Assembly: GCF_964204645.1 (NCBI RefSeq)
Contig: NC_134028.1
Location: forward strand, 10,044,001-10,108,000
Source of the DNA: Tubulanus polymorphus
Lineage: Eukaryota > Animalia > Nemertea
Direction: 5' to 3'
DNA length: 64,000 nucleotides
Below are positions 56,713 to 64,000 of the stretch, in pieces. Every line of letters begins with the position of its first letter. The stretch's first letter is position 1. The notes under the pieces are model-generated. The model did not search any database. It saw nothing but the letters and a program-made list of their open reading frames with translations, and was not told the DNA's origin. The position numbers and the translations under genes were made by a program.

Positions 56713-59700
56713 ATGGAAGCAAATAAGTACTACTGTCCAACATGTAATATCAATATAGATAAATCCCAAAAAGCAAGACACAATAAAACTAAAACACATT
56801 TAGAGAATAAATTGAAACTAGAATATAAAGATGATATATTAGAAACTAAATTAGATGAATTAAAGAATGAAAAAGAAACATACAAATGTGATACATGTAA
56901 TCAATCAATCAGTGTTAAAAGATATTATAAAGAACATTTAAAATCAAAAAGTCATATTAGAAATATGAATAATGTTATTTTAGGTGAAGATTATTTTGAT
57001 AAAGATAATGATAAGAAACAGAAGACAATTAAAAGCATAACAAATAAATTAAACAATAAAAGACCATACATGGAAGATGTAAGAAATTATATTAATTCAT
57101 TAGATAATAAAAAAGATATAGAGATAACCGAAGCATTTAAAAGTGATATTGGTCCAGCAGCTATCGAGTTTAAATTTCATAAAGGAAAAACATTAGAAGA
57201 AAATAAAAAACATTTAGAAAATTTGAAAGAAATAATAAAAATAATTACAGATGTTGAATATCCTAAAATAAGTATATCTTCTAAAGTAAAGTTTATAAAA
57301 TCTAAAGATAAACCAATATATAATATAAATTCTCATTCACAACATATTATATATAAACAACATATAGATGATAAATTAGATAAATGTTATAATGAAGTAA
57401 AAACTAAAATAGAAGAGAAATATTTTGAAGGATCTGGTTTAATATTTGATGAAATAATATTTATGACTTTACATGTCTAAAACACAAAATATAATAAGTT
57501 AACTAAATCAAAACCAATTGATGAAAATAATGTATCATATTATAAAGAACCAGATATTGAAGCATCGAGTTATATTAAACTACCATTTAAAACTAATGCT
57601 GTTATAAATGTACAAAATGAAGATGATAAATATTTTCTATGGGCTATAATAAGTTGCTTACACCCAGTTGAAGATTATAATAAACATACTTAAGGATTAA
57701 CAAATTATTGACAATTTGAAAATAATTATAAGATAGATAAGTATCCTGTTATAATTAAAAACATCCCAAAAATAGAAAGAGATAATAATATAAAGATAAA
57801 TGTATTTGATTGAATCAAATTACCAAATACAAAAGGTAACAATATAAAACATAATACATTAGAACCTTTATATCTATCAAAAGAATATGATTTAAACGAT
57901 GTTATAGATATACTATATTATGAGAATCATTATATGTGGATTAAACATATCGATTTATTTTTTAAATCAGAAAATGATCACCATAATAAAATATATATAT
58001 GTAGAAAATGTTTACATGAATTCAGTAATGAAAGTACATTATTAAATCATAAACAATTATGTGAAAATCATGATTATTGTAAATTAGTTTTACCAAATGA
58101 AATGGATAAAATATTAGAATTCAAAAAATATGATTACAAAAATAAAGTACCATTTGTAATATATGGAGATTTTGAATCATTAAATAAAGAACTAACTGAT
58201 CAAGATAGAAAAGAAATATATTATAAGAGAAAGAAATTAAATTCTAATGAAAATGATTATTCTGAAGAACCACCAAAAACAAATACTATTAAAAAGATTC
58301 ATCAATCAGCTGCTGCTTTCGGGTTATATATAAAATCTGATTATCCAGAACTAATCGAAAGTGAATATTATGATTATAGAAATGAAAATGTTATCAATCA
58401 TTTTTGTGACTTATTAATTGAATATGAAATAAGATTTAGTAAATTATTGAATACAAATATAGAAATTATAATGACAGAAGAAGATAAAAAAGAATTTGCG
58501 TTTGCAGATAAATGTTATTATTATGAAAAGATATTTAATTATAAAGATAAAAAAGTAAGAGACCATGATCATTTGAATGGAAAGTTTAGAGGCGCTGCAC
58601 ATGAGAATTGTAACTTACAAGCTAAGAAAATTAACTTTGTACCAGTTATATTTCATAATCTATCAGGATATGATGCACATTTATTTATCAATCAGTTATG
58701 CCAAAAAATAGAAGAAATTAATAATGAAATAGAAAGATTAAATTCAAATAGATCAAAAGATAACATACCAACTTATAAATTTAGAATGTTAGCTAAAACA
58801 TCTGAGAAGTATATATCATTCCAATTTGGGTGTTTAAGATTTATAGATTCATATAGATTTTTAAATAGTTCATTAGATAACTTATCAAAATCATTAGTTG
58901 ATGATGAATTAAAAAATATTAAAGCAACACTACCCAAATAATGATGATTTTCAATTAATGAGATATAAAGGAGCAATTCCATATTCATTTTATAAATCAC
59001 ATAATGATTTCAATATAACTGAATTATTGAAAGAACAATTCGATGATGAATTAAAAAATGAATATGTTAAAGATGAAGTATATAATAGAACATTGAATAT
59101 TTGGAATCATTTTAGAATGAAAAATCATGGACAATTAGTAGATTTATATTTAAAATCAGATGTATTATTGTTAACTGATATATTCGAAAGGTTTAGAGAT
59201 GTAAACCTAAAATATTTTAACATTGATCCTTGTCATTGTTATTCAAGTCCAGGTTTAACATGGGATTGTGTATTAAAATTTACAGATATAAAAATGGATT
59301 TGTTAACAAATACAGATCAATTACTATTATTTGAAAAATCTATAAGAGGAGGAGTTTCAGGTGTATTAGGTGATAGATATTTCAATGTAAATGATAACCC
59401 TGGCTATAAGTTATTATATATAGATGCAAATAATTTGTATGGTTGGGCAATGATGGAACCACAACCTTATGGAGTATTTGAAATAAGTGAAGTTTTACAA
59501 CGTGAAAATAATGATAAATTTGATTGGAAGAAAAGAATTCTAGATATTGCAGATGATTCAGATACTGGTTACTTCTTTGTTGTAGATTTAGAATATCCTG
59601 AACATATTAAATTTAAATCTAGAAATCTAGCTTACTGTCCCGAACATAAAACTGTAACTCATGAAGAATTATCAAATTACCAAAAAAGAATTAAACCCGA

Positions 59701-60751
59701 AAATCATATTCATACAGAAAAGTTAATGGTAACTCAAGAAGATAAATATAATTATGTCGTACATTATAGAATGTTAAAGTTTTATCTAAAACAAGGAATG
59801 ATCCTAAAAAAAGTACATAGATATATTTCATTTAGTCAATCTAAGTGGTTAGAAAAATATATAGATTTTAACACCAAACAGAGAACTGAAGCTAAAAACT
59901 GATTTCGAGAAAGATTTCTTCCAGTTAATGAATAATGCATTCTATGGTAAGACTTGTGAAAATATTAGAAATAGAAATGATATTGAGTTAGTTAGTAATG
60001 GTAAAAGAATTAGACATTTACAAACATATCCTAAGTTCATTGGTAACAGAATATTTGATGAGAATTTAGCTGCAGTTAAAATGAGAAGAACATCAATGAA
60101 ATTTAATAAACCAATCTATGTTGGCGCTTCAGTTTTAGAATTATCAAAATTACTAATGTATGAATTCTATTATAATGTATTACAACCACTTTTTGGAGAA
60201 AAACATATAGAAATATTATATTTTGATACTGAAAGTTACATATTAAACATAAAAACTGATAACATAAAGATGATTTAAAAACATTAAAACATCATTTTGA
60301 TTTTAGTAACTATCCTAAAGATCATGAATTGTTTAGCAATGATAATAAAAAAGTTCCAGGGAAGTTTAAGGATGAATTAGGTGGTGAAGAAATGATAGAG
60401 TTCATAGGTATTAGATCTAAAATGTATTCAAATAAAACTAAAGAACATGAAGCTAAAAAGTTAAAAAGAATAACGAAAAGTGAAGTAGAAAAGAATATTC
60501 ATTTCAAAGATTACATCAATTGTATATTCAATGAAGAAGTTAGAAAACATAAGATGAGATCTGAAGATCATGAAATGTTTATTGAAGAAATTGAAAAGAT
60601 TAGTCTAAACCCATTTGATGATGAAAGATATATTTTAGATGATGGAATTCATACAGTTGCTTATGGTTGCAATTTAGATGAATACTTAAAATTTAAAAGA
60701 GAAGAAACAAAAGAGAAGGAAATAATAAAAAAAAGAATTCTAACGTGTTAA
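56713..60751 (+). pseudogene. polB: pPolB without intein; multiple stops and frameshifts
   Basis: YGDFES, VRDHDH, FHNLSGYD, YIDANNLYG, MNNAFYGK, uninterrupted YFDTES at ~60219-60236. Confidence 0.92.
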
Positions 60752-60780
60752 TCAAATTTTAATAAAAATATGTTATTAAA

Positions 60781-61130
60781 ATGGAGAGTAAACAAACACA
60801 CAGTGAGAACAACAAATTATTTCTAGATAGAATAAAAGATACTTCAAATGTCAAATCAGTAGATTATAAATTTAAGAAGTTAAAAGAATTAATAATCCAT
60901 AAGAAATATCTTATTACAGATATTGTTACAGTTACTAACAAATATGGATTTTAGTTATACACTTAGAATATGAAGGATTAAAAGGAAATACATATAAATT
61001 CAGAACATATTTACCGGATAGATTTCATAGATTATCAAGTGAAGACTTAGCAGAATTATGTTCTGGAGATTTTTATTTCGTATACAAAGGTAAGAATGAA
61101 AAAGGGCACCATGAAATAGATTTCGAATAA
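60781..61130 (+). pseudogene. Homologue of the 108-aa protein at 54208-54534, frameshifted
   Basis: FKKLKEL..TNKYG..FRTYLPDRF..FVYKGKNEKGHHEIDF. Confidence 0.7.
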
Positions 61131-61147
61131 GAAAATATGTAAAATAA

Positions 61148-61935
61148 ATGGTAGAATTAAAAGAATACAGAATATTTGTTGATTCTAGAAGGCTTACAAA
61201 TTATAAATCTCATAATTTACTAGTACTATTAGATAGAGAATTTAAGAATTGTGTAGATTTAAAATTAGTTAATATAAGTTTATGTAATTCTTTTTATAAT
61301 ATATCGGATAAAACTATTGAAGATAATACTGTTTTAATTCATATTAGAAATGTAGATAAATGGTTTCATCTAATTTTAAAACCAGGATTATATAATTTAG
61401 ATACATTAGCTCAAGAAATTAATCGAAGAGCACGGTTGAAAATTAGAAGAGCTGATAAATTTTTAATTAGATTTATAAAAAGTGATAGCACAAATAAAAT
61501 TAAAATAAAGGTATATGATGAAAGTCAACATGCATTTATGGTAAAAAAAACCTATAGCTAAACTGTTAGGAATTGTACCAGATACTGTTACAGGAAACGT
61601 AGATGTTAATTCAAATATAATACCTTTTACAAACTTTTATATTTATTGCAATTTAATCGATCCTACAAAAACTTTCGAAGCAACTAAAGAAACAATTTGT
61701 AGTTCTAGTATACTAAATATTTTACCGTTAAAAAATGTCGGAAACTCAAATAACTCAAAATGTCGGAAACTCATTTGGAGCTCAAATAAATTATAATTTA
61801 ACAGAATGTGATTTTAAACCTTGCATTCCTCAATTTAATAATTTTAAATTAGAAATTAGAAATCATAATGGATACTTAATTGATTTGAATAACTTTCCTG
61901 TAATTTATGAATTAGTTATAAGATGTAGAGAGTAA
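61148..61935 (+). pseudogene. Putative minor capsid protein, frameshifted
   Basis: Homologous to 43868-44620. Confidence 0.65.
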
Positions 61936-61951
61936 TTTTTTCATTATATAA

Positions 61952-62308
61952 ATGAATATAACTGTTGGACCGAGTATATGTTTTGGATTTGATTTTAAAC
62001 GTGAGAAAGAAATGATATTTAACATTAATGATGTAATTACACAAATCAAAAATATTGCATTTTCTAATGAAACAACATTTAAGTATGAAAAAACAATAGA
62101 TAAAGAAACTTTAAATGTAGAAAAGATTACTAATTTAATTAGAGAATCTTTAAGATTTTATGAATTAGATGAAGATTTTATCATCGATGATATTAAAAAA
62201 ATAATAATTGAAATATATACAAATGAAACTAGTAATGAAATAAATGTTGAATTAATCATCACTAAGATAACTAAATATTTTGAAGATAGTAATTTTTTCG
62301 ATAAATAA
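61952..62308 (+). CDS. Conserved 118-aa protein
   Basis: Near-identical to 44637-44990. Confidence 0.78.
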   Translation: MNITVGPSICFGFDFKREKEMIFNINDVITQIKNIAFSNETTFKYEKTIDKETLNVEKITNLIRESLRFYELDEDFIIDDIKKIIIEIYTNETSNEINVELIITKITKYFEDSNFFDK

Positions 62309-62530
62309 ATGAGTGATAATAAGTGGATAATAACCGGATTATACAATGGAGCATTACTATCAGTTGGAACTGTTGGTTCTTCAATGGTATTAAAAAAAGT
62401 ATTTAAAATGGGAAGTGTTAATGTTGATAGATTTGATATAAATGATATTTTAAAATTAACATTAGCAGTTACTTTATCTTATTTAACTATTGATTATTTG
62501 GAAAAACAAAAATATATTCCTCCCATATAA
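62309..62530 (+). CDS. 73-aa hydrophobic protein
   Basis: Near-identical to 44994-45215. Confidence 0.75.
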   Translation: MSDNKWIITGLYNGALLSVGTVGSSMVLKKVFKMGSVNVDRFDINDILKLTLAVTLSYLTIDYLEKQKYIPPI

Positions 62531-62554
62531 ATGCATAATTTTTTTGCTAAATAA

Positions 62555-62977
62555 ATGGCTTCTGCAATTATAACTATTATAGGATCGGCAATTGTTTACG
62601 CTTTAGCATTTACTGGTGGCGGTTATTTATTTAGGCATATTGATAAAAATAGTTCATTAGGAGAACAAAGAAGACATAACTTAGCATTAGAGAAATACAA
62701 TAAAGCAGCAGAAGAATACAGAGAAAAACGACAAAACTATATGGATTATATTAACAAGGAATTATATGATCAGAAGATTTCACATAGAGATTTTCAATCA
62801 GTTGATGATGCAATGAGTTTATATAACGCGGTAACAAATAAAGAAAAATTACATCTATACAAACCTAAATTATCAGATTATTATACCCCAAGTAAAGAAC
62901 AACAGAAATATGAAATAATTTGGATTTTAGGGGGAACAGTTATTGTTATATTTGTTGCTTATAAGTTTACTAATTAG
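62555..62977 (+). CDS. 140-aa protein
   Basis: Near-identical to 45243-45665. Confidence 0.8.
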   Translation: MASAIITIIGSAIVYALAFTGGGYLFRHIDKNSSLGEQRRHNLALEKYNKAAEEYREKRQNYMDYINKELYDQKISHRDFQSVDDAMSLYNAVTNKEKLHLYKPKLSDYYTPSKEQQKYEIIWILGGTVIVIFVAYKFTN

Positions 62978-62997
62978 TAATTTTTTTTGCTAAATAA

Positions 62998-63432
62998 ATG
63001 GATGATAATATTGATAATATTGATATATTTCCTCATGATATAAATAAAACTAAATTAAAAATATATTTAGAAAAACAAATATTAGAATTTGAAAGTGATT
63101 TAAAAGTTAAAAAGAAAAAATATTTTAAAAGTAAAATTATATATTATTTGATTATAAGTGGTTCGGTTACAAGTAGTTCTGTAATAATATTTCTAGCAAT
63201 ATTCAGCCCATTTACACCTTTAGCTATATCAATTGGTGTATTAGGATTAAGTTCAAGTGTTTTAACTGGTATAAGTTCAAAATTAAATATAAAAAGTAAT
63301 AAAGAAAAAATTAAAACTAATATAAAAGAAATTAATAAATTAAAAAATACACTAGATTATATAATAAGTTTAAATGGCCATATAACAGTTGAAGAACAAG
63401 ATAAATTATTAAAAGAATTAATACATTATTAA
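62998..63432 (+). CDS. 144-aa two-TM protein
   Basis: Near-identical to 45685-46119. Confidence 0.8.
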   Translation: MDDNIDNIDIFPHDINKTKLKIYLEKQILEFESDLKVKKKKYFKSKIIYYLIISGSVTSSSVIIFLAIFSPFTPLAISIGVLGLSSSVLTGISSKLNIKSNKEKIKTNIKEINKLKNTLDYIISLNGHITVEEQDKLLKELIHY

Positions 63433-63448
63433 TTTTTTAATTATATAA

Positions 63449-64000
63449 ATGGCAGATAGTTTTCCAAAATCTTTCCAATATAATAAACCAATTAAATATA
63501 ATATTCCTGCAATAGATTTTAATAAAGATATTACATATAGAAATGAAGTTTTAGATTCATTAACTAATTTAGAAATTTATGTTACTGAAACTAATAATTT
63601 TAATGCAAAGATGGAAAATATATTTCATGTATATTTAATTAATTTTAAAAAATTGAAAGATGAAAAACAATGGTTATTAAAATCTAATATGAAGTATTGG
63701 CAGAACCAATTAAATTTTGCAGTTTATTGTGCAACAACAGGATGTGTAATTAGTTGGAATGATCATTTGAATAATTCTAAATATAAATTAATTCAAAGTT
63801 TATTTAGATTTCATACATACTTTCAAATAAGAATAATATTAAATGAATTAGAGTGTGCTTTACCAGGATCTAGATATTTTAAAGAATTAGATAATAATAT
63901 TAATTTATCAAAGTTTTATAAAATTTGCAATGAATTTAATATAGATATAAATAATTCTGATTTTAGAACAAAAATTGGAACAATAAGATCACTTCCTTGC
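63449..64000 (+). CDS. 433-aa-family protein, 5' part (partial at window edge)
   Basis: MADSFPKSFQYNK...WQNQLNFAVYCATTGC. Confidence 0.75.
   Translation, partial: MADSFPKSFQYNKPIKYNIPAIDFNKDITYRNEVLDSLTNLEIYVTETNNFNAKMENIFHVYLINFKKLKDEKQWLLKSNMKYWQNQLNFAVYCATTGCVISWNDHLNNSKYKLIQSLFRFHTYFQIRIILNELECALPGSRYFKELDNNINLSKFYKICNEFNIDINNSDFRTKIGTIRSLPC

Larger units (their letters stand above)
56279..64000 (+). mobile_element. Polinton copy D (hairpin-terminus family, intein-free pPolB), runs off the window
   Basis: AGTAAT terminus with 187-bp palindrome; pPolB followed by a structural module collinear with C. Confidence 0.9.

Overview
AT-rich eukaryotic (probably invertebrate animal; host not identifiable) transposon nest dominated by at least five Polinton/Maverick (adintovirus-like) copies, labelled here by position. 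A (5085-9204) is a truncated end with a 191-bp terminal hairpin. B (9205-~26385) is decayed, inserted into A's integrase, and itself hit by a Penelope-like retroelement with hammerhead ribozymes. B' (26380-31531) is an inverted fragment. C (37350-54617) is structurally complete: AG...CT termini, 80/88-bp TIRs, 6-bp TSD TGTTGC, pPolB, minor and major capsid, RVE-chromodomain integrase and packaging ATPase. D (56279 to window end) has a hairpin terminus and a different pPolB. Main observations: (1) a 355-aa LAGLIDADG intein in the catalytic YFD/TDS motif of pPolB in C (degenerate in B), with an intein-free allele in D; (2) 14 of 15 genes in C start at ATAAATG, a poxvirus-late-type initiator, which together with the giant-virus-type intein and an HNH gene suggests a virophage-like element; (3) ~190-bp terminal hairpins whose arms co-vary between A and D; (4) tandem heat-shock elements near A's terminus. 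Host repeats include MITEs, a YqaJ transposon relic, 31-bp minisatellite arrays and a 155-bp repeat carrying CTCF-like motifs. All protein family calls come from motif reading only; no searches were run.
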